NCBI GenBank assembly: GCA_013239625.1
Contig: MU054391.1
Coordinates: 248,001 to 312,000, forward strand
Direction of reading: 5' to 3'
Origin: Lama guanicoe
Taxonomy: Eukaryota
DNA: 64,000 bases
The notes below the pieces were generated by a model. The model did no database searches and was not told the origin of the DNA. It saw only the letters and a program-made list of their open reading frames with translations. Numbering within the stretch: the stretch's first letter is position 1; the number at the start of each line of letters is the position of its first letter. Positions 23,501-36,734 of this stretch are shown one piece after another. The translations under genes were made by a program, and so were the position numbers.

Positions 23501-24647
23501 AAGAGTATGCCATTTTTTCTCTTTCCCTCTAAAACCAGTATTTCAAAATTTAAATTTTAAAATATTTCTTAGTATTAGTCTACCAACTTCTCAATTTTGG
23601 AAAGATATATTTTAGATGGACTGGCTCATCACTGACTTTTGCTTTGTGTAGATATTATAATTTTATAAATACTTGCATTATCCTAAGGATCTTCACCATT
23701 TTCAGGTATGTTTACTAAGTTTTAGGGTTTTTTGCCAAACATACGTCACAAACACATAGGAGCGTTTTTAAACACAGGAGTCTGATTTTTGCGTCTAGTG
23801 AAGTAAAGAGGGTGAAAGCCGGGTGGATTCAGCCTCCTCTCGGCAGTGCTTCCCGTGTCTCTCTAAGTCAGAGTAACCCTTTCAAGTCTCCTTCATGGCT
23901 TTCTTGTAGATACAAAGAAAGACAAAAAATATATATGTTCTTAAAAATGGCACTTAGTTTGTATTTAATAAAAACTAGATAATTATTTTAAGATACTTAA
24001 ATATATAAAAGACTCAACGACAAAGGCGTATAGAGTAATTCAACACAAATGCAGTATGTGTGCATCACGCGCCAGGAAGCTGTGCACGTCCTGGGCGGAC
24101 AAAGACGAGCCGAGTCTGTCCCTCAAGGAACTCACAGCCCATGGGGGGGGGCGGGTGCATTTCCTGACATCTGGTGCTTGAGCGTCCCGATTCTCCAGGG
24201 TAAAGAACGACCTTGTCAGTCAAGTCCACTCTGGGAGGAAGGGACCTTCCGTGTTGGCAGCAAGATTCCAGCTCCAAGGCTGCAGTTAGAAAGACAGTAG
24301 ACCAGTCATCTTACCTGCCTGCCCCCAGCATGAGATGGGGAGACTGTGACTGAGCAGTTGACCAGCTGCAGGGGAGCCAGAGAGCCACGGCGGGCTCGCC
24401 CGGCTCCCCGCCTTCCGCCCCTCTGCCTGTGCCCCCGGGGGTGCTCTGGGTGAGGGGTCTGACCCGCCGCGCCTCTGCTGCCGTGCGGGGCCTCCTGCCA
24501 CCGATCTCTGTGGCTCTCCGCGTGCTAGAGAACGAGGCTGGCGGAGGACAAAAGGCTGGATGAGGGAGCGGAGCGGGGCAGTCTTGGAAGCTCTCAGGAG
24601 ATAATTTGTCGCCGATTTGGGTTAGAAGTATTAACTTACATTTTGAT

Positions 24648-25107
24648 TGTGATAGTTCATGTCATGCGCCAAGTTGACTGGGCTCCAGGGCGCCAAGATA
24701 TTTGGTCAGATGTTCTGGGCGTGTCTGCGAAGGTGTTTCTGGACGAGATTCGCATTTCAGTCAGCAGACTGAGTGGGGGAGGCTGCCCTCCACAGCGTGG
24801 GGGGGTTGCCGTCCAGTCTCGGGGGGCCTGACTGAAGAGAAAGGAGGAGTGAGGGACGCCGCCCCCGCCGGACGGCGTGCGGGCTGGGACGTGAGCTGCT
24901 CCTGCCGGCGGACCTGGCCCAGCGCCGACGCCATCAGCTCTCCGGTTCTCGGGCCTTCAGGCTGCAGCCCTTGCGACCCTCAGCCTCCACGTCACATGAG
25001 CCAGCCCTGAGCTCACGCACACACGTACACACACAGATGCACACGTGAGTGTGTGTAGGAAACATATATCCTATTGACCGCTTCTCCAGAGAACCCTGGC
25101 GAGTACT
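24648..25107 (+). mobile_element. MLT2 (ERVL) solo LTR
   Basis: 'tgtgatagttcatgtc...caagttgactggg...agatatttggtcaga...gtttctggacgagatt', an internal CA-rich tract, and the end 'tcctattg...tccagagaaccctg'. Confidence 0.8.
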
Positions 25108-25349
25108 GACGCCGCCACCGTCAGCCTCGTGCTGATGTGACCCTGCTGCACCAGCAGGCCAGCTTTTCAGCACCGCTGCACGGGATTCCCAGTAAGAAGC
25201 AGATGATTTCACTGTGTTTGTTCTGTGGCTAATGTGCTTATTGGATGAAAAGTTGTTTCATCTAAGAAATGACTCTGAATACTAAGGCAAACGAAGCGTT
25301 TGGGTAGACTGATACGAAGCCCGCTCTTTCCCTATCTTCTTTTTCGTTA

Positions 25350-25500
25350 GCTTAAGAAAGCTTATTTGCAAGTTTTTAAGCGAAAACCATGTGTATTGAA
25401 GGAGCACAGCACGGCGACTTGATGCGCGTGGCGAAATGACCGCGACAGTCGGGCTGACGGAGACGTCGGCTCCTCGCATCACGGTCGTTTTCCGTGAGCA
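25350..25500 (-). mobile_element. L1MA-type 3' end, GC-shifted
   Basis: 'gtgtattgaaggagcacagcacggcgacttgat...gcgaaatgaccgcgacagtc'. Confidence 0.5.
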
Positions 25501-27151
25501 GAGTCCGGCTTCCCTCTTCTGTCTCTAAATGCTCCCCTTGTCCTGTTCCAAACTGGGGTTTTGAAAACCCAGATTTTCTTGTCTTTACATACGAAGTATC
25601 TTTATATATGAAGTGTAAATATTCCAAAAACTTTCAAGAAGTGAAAAGGATAAAAAATAAAGTGGTACCTCGTTTTCCAGGCTTTCAATGTCTGCTAAAA
25701 GCTATTTCTAGCTTTTGTCTTGACAATGAGTGTAGTGAAATTTCTAGTTTAACAAAAAATTTCTCCAAAATGTAAAACATGGCTACTGCACAGTCTTGCT
25801 GCTTCATTCACGCTCCACAGTGATCTCATAGCTATTCAGAGACAGTCAGCCCCCGTGTGGTTTCCCATGAATGGAGCGTGGCCGGAACAGCTGCTCCGTC
25901 TAACTTTGGCCGGTGTCGCTGCTCAGAGCTCGGATCCTCGGCTCAGAGGCCCAGTCACAGGTTCTAAATAGAGGCTCAACGAACTGGGACTTCCTGCGTC
26001 AAACGGTTTTGTTTAAAGTTGTTTTGCTTCTGCTCCGCCTTCTTAATCAAGTTGATACCGTGGGTATTTTGGGGCTTGTGGGCATGTGGCTGTGAATAGA
26101 TGCAAAATCTTCCAGTCTTCACAGATTTTGTGTTTCTTTGTGACAACCTACGTGATGGTCACCAAGTGCATTTGAGAGGAGTGATTGGTTTGTGGGCTTG
26201 GAAGGATTTGCTCTGAACAGAACACTCCCGCCGCCTCCTCTGAGGACGCTCACCCAAGGACAGCAATGCTCTGATCACCATCGTCCGTGAATAAGGCGTT
26301 TCTGGGGACCAAAACCCCCAAGCAGTTGCAACGCTCTTCAAGGGTAATCAAATTCTTGTGTTAGTATTTCTGGGATTAAAAAATCATCTTAAATTACTGG
26401 GTTGGTTTTCTTACTTTAGGAAAAAGACAAGTCTGATCACAATTGAAATGTTTCTGAGTAACTCTACCGTTGCTTCAATCCCTGCCCGTGCCCGGGGGGC
26501 GTGTCCTGCAGGGACAGCTGGGCAGCCACCACCCTGTCCCCCAGGGTTTCTGCTCTCCACGGGGCTTGTGTGTCTCTTACAGCATGTGCAGCCCCTCTTC
26601 CCCCTGCCACCCGCTGCTGTTTAGGAAAATTAAGGGAAATGAAACCTGTTAAATTGGTAATCCTCATCTTACTAACTTATGACTGCCCAATAAATGTGGC
26701 AAGTGTTCTTTTTAAACCAACTTTAAAACTAATACTTTGTTTCAAAAAAACTGGCATTGCTTGAGTTGCGACTACCTAAGTAAATGCAGGATGTATGCAA
26801 ACAAGCGCAGCCCTGAGAGAAAGACCCCGGATGAAGGTCTAAAACTGCCTGCCGGCCAGCCCCCGACACAGTCCGCAGTGCACAGGGGGCAGGGACAGCA
26901 AACGTGCATGCCCTGGAGCAGAGGGCAGGGGACGGCGCTCTTTCCGGACCTGGTTCTGGACCTGGCCTTCATCCTACATTTTAAATACACATTTTTTCTT
27001 CTTCTTCTTCTTTTTTAATCAGTTCTGCTCTCTGCTACGTATATGTAAATAAAATGAACTTTGTTAGTTTTAACCTCTGAAGATGCATGGAGACAACTGG
27101 ATAGCTTTCCACTAAATTAGGATTGGGAATTTTGGATGCTGTGACTAAAAA

Positions 27152-27470
27152 TCGTTGCAGGCCGAAGTGTCAGATGCTCTGGGGAGTCCTGTGAGGCCTC
27201 ACGAAGAGCCTGTGATTTGTGCTCCCAGGAGGCTGACACAGGGATGCATGTGGTCCCCGTGTTGTTTGCAGCAACCACCCACCCCCTCCCTTTTTAGTAT
27301 AAAACGAGCATGAGTTCTGACCTGGGGAAGATGGTTCTATGGGACACTGGTCCCCCATCTTCTTGATCTGCTAACTTTCTGAATGAAGTTGTTATTCCTT
27401 CCCCAACACCTTGTCTCCTGGTTTATTGGTCTGTCATGTGGCAAGCAGAATGAGTTTGGACTCAGTAGCA
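27152..27470 (+). mobile_element. ERV1-class LTR (MER39/MER34-like)
   Basis: TATA-like 'tagtataaaa', 'gggaagatggttctatgggacact..tcccccatcttc', and the end 'gaatgagtttggactcagtagca'. Confidence 0.6.
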
Positions 27471-27486
27471 CTTTCATACCTTTTAG

Positions 27487-27804
27487 AAGGTCCCACTTGT
27501 GCTAACGTGCTGCAGTGACCTGCTACTGCATGGAACAGCACCTGCACAAGGAAGAGGAAGGGGACGAAGGCCACTGGCAGACGTGCGGAGACGGTCAGAT
27601 GGGCCACACGCTCCTTTATTCGCAGTGAAGTGCTTGATGGAGACTTGCAGTGGCCCAGTGTGTGTGCACCTGGTGAACTCACGTTGGGCGGGCGTGTGCG
27701 AGCGCGCGGGTGTGAACGTTTGACGGGACGTAATGCCGCTGTCTTGTTGACTGGGAAAGCCCCAGCAAGCAAGATAAATGCTGGGCCGACAGGGACACAT
27801 GTCG
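27487..27804 (+). pseudogene. Extra exon-like segment (318 nt, phase 1-1, one stop)
   Basis: ctttcataccttttag| acceptor, TCG|gtaagc donor. Length is a multiple of 3, with a single TGA at 27516-27518. Confidence 0.4.
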
Positions 27805-28469
27805 GTAAGCATCCCCTGAACCTTCCTGCTGAAGTGAAGGCTGACTTCTGGAACCGGAGAGCTCAGGCTGTGGGGACTGGAAGGGAGGGCAGGGTAAGGC
27901 AGAGGGGATCTGGATGGAAAGCCGGTGGTTCAGCCCCAGAGTCAGCAGGAGCTCAGCAAGAAGGCAGCAGCTCCCAACTCAAGGACAGAGGGGAGGCAGC
28001 CGGGGGCCCTGCTGTGCAGTCCCCCGGTGGGGCCACCGGGGCCACCCCAGCCTCCGCCAGAGAAACGATGGCTCAGCAGAACCCCGACAGAGGCCAGGGC
28101 CGGGTCAGCACTAGACTTCGGCATGAACTGGGGTGATGTGACCCCCTGATGGGGAGCGGATGCTGGACTGCTCAGCACCAGAGGAGGCCACATGGCACGT
28201 ACATGCAGTCCCGAGGGGGCATGGGGCGCCCCCAGAAGATCCACAGGTGATACGTCAGCTTTTCACGGTTTGCAAAGCACAACATAAAGAATTTCTAATT
28301 AGTTCCCTCACTTTTTGGCAAATGTGCCTTTATTCTTCAGAAGCATTTGGTTTGCGCGGCTTCAGTGATTTTTGCACAAATGTTATGACTGAAATGACAT
28401 AGAAATCATCATAAAATAGTTGGCTGACTGCAGACATTACTTTCTCTACGGCTACCTTTCATTTTACAG

Positions 28470-28770
28470 AAATATGCTGAAAAAAAAAAGATGGGACTGC
28501 TTGAAGGGTCTTCCTGGCTAAGAATATGAAGTGAAAATTCAGTTATCATTTGCTTTCTTCTGCTTAAAAAAATTATAGATGAGTTCATCAGAATGCTGTT
28601 TAAATGGGAACATGACTGTACGTTGAAAAGTCAGCTTAAGCCTGAAGGACACACACGATTTTTCATGGACGTGGGTCTCGGTGACAGGAACCCGGGAATC
28701 CGCGCAGCAGCTGTGCCCCGGGAGGGCCACCTGGAGCTCGGGGCAGGCACCGGACCCGCTCCTCCTGAAG
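28470..28770 (+). pseudogene. Extra exon-like segment (301 nt, one stop)
   Basis: ctttcattttacag| acceptor, AAG|gtgtgc donor. KYAEKKKMGLLEGSSWLRI*SENSVIICFLLLKKIIDEFIRMLFKWEHD... with a single TGA at 28527-28529. Confidence 0.4.
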
Positions 28771-29019
28771 GTGTGCGTTAACGTCTTGCACCAACAGAAA
28801 ATGCAAGTGTGTGTGTTTAAATACAGGTGCAAGTGTGAAAGTTAGTTGTTGCTACCTTAAATCAAGGAACATAACTTTTCAGCAGTGGGCTTTTTCTGGG
28901 GGGTTGTAACCCAGTATTCGTATGTTTCTTTTCAGTTATCATCCTTCCAAATTTACAGATGGATTTTATGTGAAAGTTGTTTATCAGATATTTTAAGAGT
29001 TTGAGTTTCTATAAACTTC

Positions 29020-29250
29020 TAATGCGGAGGTTTCTCAACATTTTAAAATAGAACTACCAAATGACTCAGCAATTCCACTCCTGGGTATATAGCCAAAAAA
29101 AAACCCCCAAAACCCAAGCACTAATTCAAAGAGACACATGCACCCCAGCGTTCACAGCAGCACTATTTACAGCAGCCGAGACACAGAAACAACCTAACCA
29201 CCCATCGACAGGTGAACGAAGGAAGGTGTGGGGGGGGTGTGTGCATATAT
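29020..29250 (+). mobile_element. L1 ORF2 3' end fragment
   Basis: 'aaaatagaactacca.atgactcagcaattccactcctgggtatata' and 'gttcacagcagcactatttaca'. Confidence 0.85.
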
Positions 29251-29257
29251 AGACATG

Positions 29258-29258
29258 C

Positions 29259-29291
<33 letters not shown>
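29258..29291. repeat. (CA)n microsatellite
   Basis: Directly visible. Confidence 0.95.
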
Positions 29292-29294
<3 letters not shown>

Positions 29295-29334
29295 TTCGTT
29301 TCAGGAAAGTGGAAAATGGGCTGGCACCGCACGA

Positions 29335-29636
29335 CAGGCTGGCCTGGGCTGCCTGAACCAGACACCGCAGACTGGGTGGCTTGCAGACAGCAGACAGTTG
29401 TGACTCGCGGTTCTGGAGGCCGGACGTCCAGGATCAAGGTGCCGGGCAGTCTGGCTGCTGGGCAGAGCGCTCCCCTCTCAGTGTGTCCTCACGTGGAGGC
29501 GGGGGCTCTGGGTCTCTCCCCCTGCACGGACGTTAACCTTCATCACCTGCTCACAGACCTGCTCTCCAGACACACTCACACTGGGGATTAGGGCTCCCAC
29601 GTACGACTTTCGGGGCGACACATCCAGTCTGTACCA
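29335..29636 (-). mobile_element. MLT1A-type MaLR LTR
   Basis: 'cagactgggtggctt...ttctggaggccggacgtccaggatcaaggtgcc...cactggggattaggg...acacatccagtc'. Confidence 0.8.
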
Positions 29637-29699
29637 CGGCACACTGCTGTAACAATGACTTCCTAGCAGCGTGCTGCGGATAACACTCCAGGCCAGGAA

Positions 29700-30440
29700 A
29701 TACTCTTTTACAGCATCATTTGTGTTGGCTGCCTGGTGTTACACTGTATGAACCATAGTATATTTAACCAACTCCCACTGTTTCAAATTATGTTTTGCTA
29801 ATAGATACAATATTTCAGAATATCATGATAGATGAATCTTTGTGTTTATCATTTGTTACTTTTAGTCATTATCACTATTCAATTTATATCTTTATTATAT
29901 AATTTATTAATGAAAAATAAGAATATTTTTAACACTTATAATACACACTGAAACTTTCAGCAGGACACCTAGGGTTGTCTCCACCTAGAGTCATTAGCCA
30001 ACACTGATTTATGCATTTCTGATGACCTAACAAACATGTATAATGCTCTGTTGTTGTTTTAATCTAATGTCTGAGATTACTTATGAAATTGCAGACTTTT
30101 CACACGCTCATTGGTTATTTGTATTCCCTCTTTGATGAAGTGTCTATTAATCTCTGATAATTTCTTATAATTAAAAAATATTAAACATTTTATTGTAATT
30201 TAAAAAATGATATATCATGTTTATTTAAAAATATTAGCAGCTCACTATACCTGATGAATAAGCAAGCATACATTCTCAAAAAGGCTAGCAAACCACATCC
30301 AGCAATATACAAAAATAATTACACACAGTGTCTAAGAGGGATTTATTCCAAGAACACAAGGTTGGTTTAACCCCCAAACTCAATCCGCATGATTCACTGC
30401 AGGGATTGAACACAGCACAGGAAACATGTGGTCATTCCAG
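29700..30440. mobile_element. Old L1 fragments (L1ME-like -, then ORF2 +)
   Basis: AT-rich antisense L1 motifs, then 'ctagcaaaccacatccagcaatat...caaggttggtttaac'. Confidence 0.6.
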
Positions 30441-31119
30441 TGGAAGCAGAAACAAAGCCTTCCGGCTGCCCTGCTGCGAGCTCCCATCTGCGGCGTTTGC
30501 TGAGCGTTCCCGAGCCTCCACTGTGGAGTGAGCCGCCTGTGCCATGAGTTTCAGTAACAGGATTCATGCACAGGTGCAAGGGCGTGGCGTTTCCCTTGAG
30601 GAAGCCTTCGTCCACATCCGTGGGCCTCAGGTTGCATCTCCCTTCTTGAACAGAGGCTAGCAGAGATGGAAGCCGGACAGGGAACAACTCTCACACTGCG
30701 GCCGTCAGTCGGATGTCTCCAGGGAAAGCCTGGCAGCCTGTGCAGCACGCGGCCAGTCAGGGGCTGCTCACGAGGATGAGCAGGTGCCGCCCACGTGCAG
30801 GCTGACATCCCACGAAACCAGCTCCCACCAGGACTCCACAGGGTGCTCCGTGCTGCTCTCGCCTCTGCCGCGGCCCCAGTGCAGGCGGGGAGCCTCGGGC
30901 TGTGGGGGAAGGTCCACGGCACCTCTGGGGGAACAGCAAACAGGTTACTTCAAGTCTGCTTTAGACTCCATTTCCTTAAAACCCAGAAAAACAATCATTG
31001 CCAACGGGGAGCCCCTGCCCCTGAGTGTGCTGATCTCTGAGAGGGAGAGTCGTGACTGTGAGCAGGCTGGAAGGCCTGTCCCCAGGGTTCATCTAGTAAC
31101 TGAGAGCGAAAGGAAGGAA

Positions 31120-32215
31120 GAAGGGACAGAGGTCACGAAACCTGAGGACCCAGGAGGAGGAGGACAGGACAGACGTCTGCATCCGACCCGGCGGGCACCA
31201 GGACGCACGCACGTGCGTGTACACGCGGCACACACAGCACAGAGGCGAGGTAAAGGAAGCTGGGCTGGCGTCTGTGCCCCTAAAACAGAACTCCATCACA
31301 ACTTTAAAAGTCCGTTCTTCATCTGAAGAACGTAAAAAGACGGGAGGACATACTTGCAAAGCACACATCTGACGCAGGATCTGGTAAATCGTGTCCAGAT
31401 TATGGGGATAAGAGCTGCAAATGAACAAGAAAAGACCGACAGCCTCTAATAAAAACGGGCGGAGGGCTTGGGCAGACGTCGCTCCGAAGGTGGCGCACAG
31501 AGAGCCCGTGAGCACGTGAACAGCTGCTCAGCACCCCTGGGCATCAGGGGAACTCACATCAAAACACTAGGATGACGGAGACGAAGAGGCAGAAACACGC
31601 ACCGGCAAAGACGCAGAGGAATTGCTTGTGGGAACGTAGAATGGTGCCGTCAGTTCAGAGATCAGCTCAGGGTTGGCATTTTCTAAAAATGGTAAACACA
31701 GAGTTACTAGCGACCCAACAATTCCCCTCCGAGGTACATGCTCAGACTTGAAAACGCACGTCCACAAACACATGCAAGCTTCATTCATGACATCTCAAAC
31801 GGAAGACGACCCACATGTCCATCCAGCGATGAGCGGACCGGAACAGTGCGCTGTAGCCGCACAAGGGCCGACTGTCCCACAGTGAAGGAGGGACGTGCTC
31901 GTGCCCACGGCGGCACGGGCAAGAACATGCGAGTGAGAGGCCTGACGGAAAAGATCACAAAGTCCAAAACCACAAAAGGTTGTATGGGCCGGTTCATGCT
32001 AGACGCCCAGAAGAGGTGACTGCAGAGACAGAAGGCGCGTTAGTGCGGCCGGGGTCTGCAGGAGGAAGGGGTGGGAGTGAGGGCTCGTGGGTCAGCGGTG
32101 CGGGCGGCCTGGCGTGAATGCTCAGAACAGACGAAACGCCACACCCAAACTGTGTAACTTGAAAGGGTGGATTTTGTAGCGTATGGACTGCATTTCAATA
32201 AAGACGTTATTGAAA
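31120..32215 (+). mobile_element. L1MB-type ORF2 end plus 3'UTR
   Basis: 'acacagagttactagcgacccaacaattcccctccgaggta'; terminal 'atttcaataaag'. Confidence 0.8.
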
Positions 32216-34632
32216 GACACGGAAGGATGTCCAAGCTCGCTCATGGTTTGAGAAATGCGAGTTAAGTTTGTGTGGGCTGCCGCGTCTCACCCAAGTAACT
32301 GGGCAGAACCCGAGCTCACGTGCAGGACCGACGAGACGTGACCGCGGAGGCTTGCAGGCCCCGCCCGCTGGAGGAGAGCCTCGGATGCTCGGCAGTGATC
32401 GTCAACTCTGCATACGCGTTTGTGCTTGGATTCAGCAATTTCTTTTCTAGGAGACACGTCTCCACATACAGACGCAAGTGCACCAGGCACCCGTGGCCTC
32501 GCTGAAGCTGCAAAGTGTTGACAACAACCTGTGTCCCTGCCTTGGAGAGAAGTCGGCATGGTGGCCACGCGATGGGACAGGCTGCAGCTGTGAGACGGAG
32601 CAGTAAGAAGGGGCCAGAAGTGGGCCAAAATGTGCAAAGAAATGGAAAAGAAGACGTGTCTGTGCGTGCCTGTGTAAAACCCCCCGGTGGGGGCACAGGG
32701 GGTCGGGGGCTGAGCCCACGTCGGAGTGGGGGCTTGGAGCACCGTGGGGCAGGGAGACATTTTGGCTTATTTCTTAGCAAAGCCTCGTTCGTGCCAATTT
32801 TCCAGTGACTGCCGTGGTCTTGGTTGTCCCACGCTCTGCCTTCCACTGCGGACTCCCCCCCATTCACTTTTCCTTACTTGCACGGTTTGCATTAATTATT
32901 TACGCCCTATGTTCAGCCATCACAGCAGGTGGTTTTGCGCACACCCTGTCCTCAGCATGTGTCAGTGTTTACCTTGATTGCCTCAAAGTGAAAATGCTCA
33001 GGGCTGTTTGCCCAATGCTGTCACTCTGTCTCACCTGGGGGGGGGGGTCTTTGTGGATATAATATCCTACAAGCTCCTTTTCACCTGAGTTGCTCAGTCG
33101 TATTCCTCACAGTCAAGGTTGAAAGTCATCTCCGGAGACCCCTGGACTTCTTACTGCTCTGTCTCAGCTGCAGACTCTTCCATCGTGTGGACACGACAAC
33201 ACAGGGACAGCCTGAGCTGCGCAGCCCCGAGGGCTCCCCGCCGTCCTCTGAGCACGGTGCTTTACCGTCCATCGTGTGTGCCTCTGCGGGTCCACCCCCT
33301 CGGTGAGCCCCGGTAAGGCACACAGGCACCCCGGGCTCCTGGGTCCACGCCTCCCACGTCTCCAGCATATGCTTCGCCCTCAGGGAAGGTCTGTGAGTGT
33401 TCTGAGAGCAACTTTCTCACTGAGTCCTCAGCTTTTCTTCCCAGGATGTTCTAGCCTTGTTTATAATAAACGGTTTTATTTTCTACTAAAGGTTTTCTTC
33501 TATCATTAAAAAAATGTCACAATGAGTTAATGTAATATTCGGAGTTTCTTTAATGGAACAAAGTAACAGGAAATGAAAAACTTACTACACAGCAGGTGAC
33601 GCTCAGAACTTGGACGAAAGCCGGGGGCTCATGAATTAGGGGTATTCCTTCCTGTCACCTGCTTAGTTATTTATTGAACTGGACCCCAAATCGGCAATTT
33701 ATTTAGGCTCATTCTGCAGATACACACAAAGAAGGAAACTGATTGTAAAAAGAGTTTGTGGTGCTGCCAAGTTCTTAGGAAGAATCAGTCACTCTCATGA
33801 GAGTCCAGTTAATCGCCTGTCCAGGCACAAAGCACACTTGGCTCTGCGGTGGAGGTGGGGAAGAGACTCCGTTCTGGGCCAGGAGCTGAAACCCGGCGTT
33901 TCTCCTACACCCACGCGCACACTCTGCAGCGAGGCTACCGTCCTGGAGGAAAGGGAGCAGACGCCGCGGGCTGGAGCCCCAGCACGTCCTCCTGGACGCC
34001 CACCCTGACACGCAGCAACACGCAGTCGGGACAGAGCCCAGGTCAGACACACGTGGCTGTCTGGTCAAGGCCCCTGTCCCTGGGGCTGCCCCCTGATGGA
34101 GATCCCACCCAGCACAGCAGCTGTGTCCCCCCCACGTATGTTACCTGCAGGACATAAGCCATGAATCCTCTGCATCATCGCGTCTCCACAAGCAGAACAG
34201 CAACAGAAACACCTCAACGAGCTGCTTTAAAGATTCAGTATCTGACGAGCACCTCATCCGGGGCCCCTTCCCCAGTGAAGCCGGGGCACGTGGAGCCAGA
34301 CCCACATCCCGTGCGCCGAGCCGTGGGACCCTGCACACACGGGGTCCTCCCTCCTCCCTGAGGCCACGTCACCCCACGCTGACAGGTCTGGCTGCAGCCC
34401 GCCCTGACCACGCTCCTGTGAGGTCCACGTGCCTGGAGCCAGGTGGCTCGCGGCCGTCAGGGAAGGGAGTGGGCCCACCCGGGAGGGTGCTCGGTGCCCG
34501 CAGGCCCGCTGCCCCCACGCTGCCTCCTCACTCCGGCTACACAGCTTCCTGGTCCTGCTTCCCTCGTGGGCTGCTGCTACCTTACGAGAAGGTGAACACT
34601 CATTAATAACACCCTTTCCATGCTCCTGTCAG

Positions 34633-34860
34633 TTGTTCAATAATGATGCGCGACTGCAACAGGATAACGCAAATAAGTTAAATGATGCTGAATTCACAGC
34701 ATCCAGTGTTAACAATGAGCTGGATCTACACGGATCAGCATGGAGAGGCCACAAAGCGACCACGAGAGGAAAGCTGGAGAATCGCCACAGCGTATTTCCT
34801 TGGTGCTGTGACATGTTTTTTTCTCACCCCAGAAAAGAGTCCTTAGGAGTTACTGAATGA
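34633..34860 (+). pseudogene. CCDC158-like exon remnant, still open
   Basis: ctcctgtcag| acceptor. DARLQQDNANKLNDAEFTASSVNNELDLHGSAWRGHKATTRGKLENRHS vs QARNQNSMYMRQLSDLESTVSQLRSELREAKRMYEDKTEELEKQLVLANS, near gap-free. Possible donor AGC|gtattt at 34792. Confidence 0.75.
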
Positions 34861-35201
34861 ATTCACGCTCTTAGGAGGACAAGAAAAAGGCTTTCCAGTC
34901 AGAATTTTCACTTTATAGCAGCTCAGAGTAGGAAGCAGGGTTTGACATGTGAATAAACTGAGCAAGTGAGTGAGTGAGTGAATGACAGTGAGTCTCATGA
35001 TACTTCTAGAGCAGATTCCAATGCCCGAACCCAGCTTGGAAAAGCCAGGGGCCCAAGGGGTCCACAAGCTCCAGAACGGTCCCGGCTGTGTCGTCTCACA
35101 GCCCTTTGGTGGAATGTCTTTCTTACCAGCTTGTTCCTGTTCAAAAATTGAAATTGTACTTATTTTGAAAAGAAACCCTGAGTAGTCCTTACTTTTTTTA
35201 G

Positions 35202-35490
35202 TTGAGAAAAGAAAAATTTATTGGTAGAGATCAAGGAAAGAGTAAAGAATTTCCTGAAGAAAATAGATAAATTTATGGTGGCGGAAAAAGTGGAAGAATG
35301 ACAAGACGGAAAAACAATTATAATATTAAAAAAACCTGCTTCTTCTTTTCAAGCTTTCTTTTAAATCCCATCATTTTCCTTCCTCATCGTAACTGTGTTC
35401 ACAACCCAGAGTGACTGACACACAGAAGAAGTTCCCTTGAGAAGCTGGGAGGGATGTTCACTAAACAAGAGCCGTTGAGACACAGATGTG
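35202..35490 (+). pseudogene. CCDC158-like exon remnant (frameshifted)
   Basis: ccttacttttttta g| acceptor. NLLVEIKERVKNF ~ KLLADLHKREKEL; after a frameshift NLWWRKKWKNDKTEKQL ~ RLWDRDTGNSITIDHL. Confidence 0.6.
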
Positions 35491-36734
35491 CAACATAATT
35501 AAAATACATGTAAAATTAGATATATATGTATACAAACTGCAGGAAAACGTTTTAATAGCTTTTCAAGAGCTATTCTTAAATAAAGAAAATTTTCAAGAAT
35601 TTATGTAATGTATTCCTTTAAAATGATTTTTTTTTAAGTTTTAAAATCGTGACTCACAGTGTGAGACAAGTTTTTAAAACCTTAGGAGGAACTGCCTGCT
35701 GTCTAGCTCCCCGGCCGGTTCCTTGCCGGGTGCCTGCTCCTGCGTCTTTGCTGCCGCTCCCCTCGCGGTGTGCGGCACGTCCACCTGGTGCCAGCAGCAC
35801 CGTGCTGCTGACTGGACCCAGGTGAACGCCCTGAAGCAGACCTTCTTTTCCCGGAGAAGGGGACTCTTCCGGAGGCAGGACACTGGCCTTCCCCGCCAGG
35901 GCCTTAGTTGTGGACTTGCACAGTGTCACCACCCCCAGGCAGCCAGCCAGGTGGGCCTGGGGCAGGAGGACCACGTGGGGCAAGAGCCCCGAGACACTCA
36001 GCGTGTGACAGGGTCTGCAGCACTCAGGGTGGTCGCGGCTGGGACAGGGCTGAGGGGACGCTCCTGCACCAGCGCCTCTCACAGCCCATGTGGCACCCCT
36101 GCAAGGGGAAGCAGGGACGGGTCGGGCTCCTGGCCTGCACCCTCGGGTCCTGCGGGGCCCCAGGAACACAGGTGTTTCTGGGCACTTTAACACACTTGCC
36201 AGGTGTCTGAGAGGGATGGAGGACAGGATGGGGGTGTCCAAGTCTGGGGCTCGGGAGTGAAGCCTTAGGGACGAGGTGACTGGCCTTGGAGTGAGTCACA
36301 TTGGCTACAAGACTAGTCGGAGCAGACTTGGGGCTGGCCCGGGACACTCAGCATTTAGGGGACCCTGGGGAAGTGGCCGTGACGTCGCCCCGCGCCCCCT
36401 GGCACCGTGGCTGCACCTGCTCCTGGTCACATGACTGTGCTCTGGAGGGAGACACGCCACGGGGCTCTGCCCGCACCTGGACCGCCTGCCTGCCCAGCCC
36501 TTCCCCTCTGCCTGCGCGGGCCTGATGGGAGGGCCCTGGGGCCTGGCGCCGGCGGGTGCTGTGGGAAGCGTGTCCCCTTCCTGAGTCACGTTCCAGGGTC
36601 TCAGATCTCTGCTGTCTCCCCACCTCCACAACTGGCCCAGAACATCAGCTTCTGTGGAAGTGTCTGGAGAGTAAGGCCAAAGGGTTCCCGAGAGCTCCCA
36701 TCACAGGGAGTTCTTGCTTCTTCCCTTTCATCGT

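Noticed and set aside
30784-31326. 180-aa ORF with an exon-like acidic stretch
   Set aside because: It overlaps degenerate L1 sequence and has no recognisable homology.
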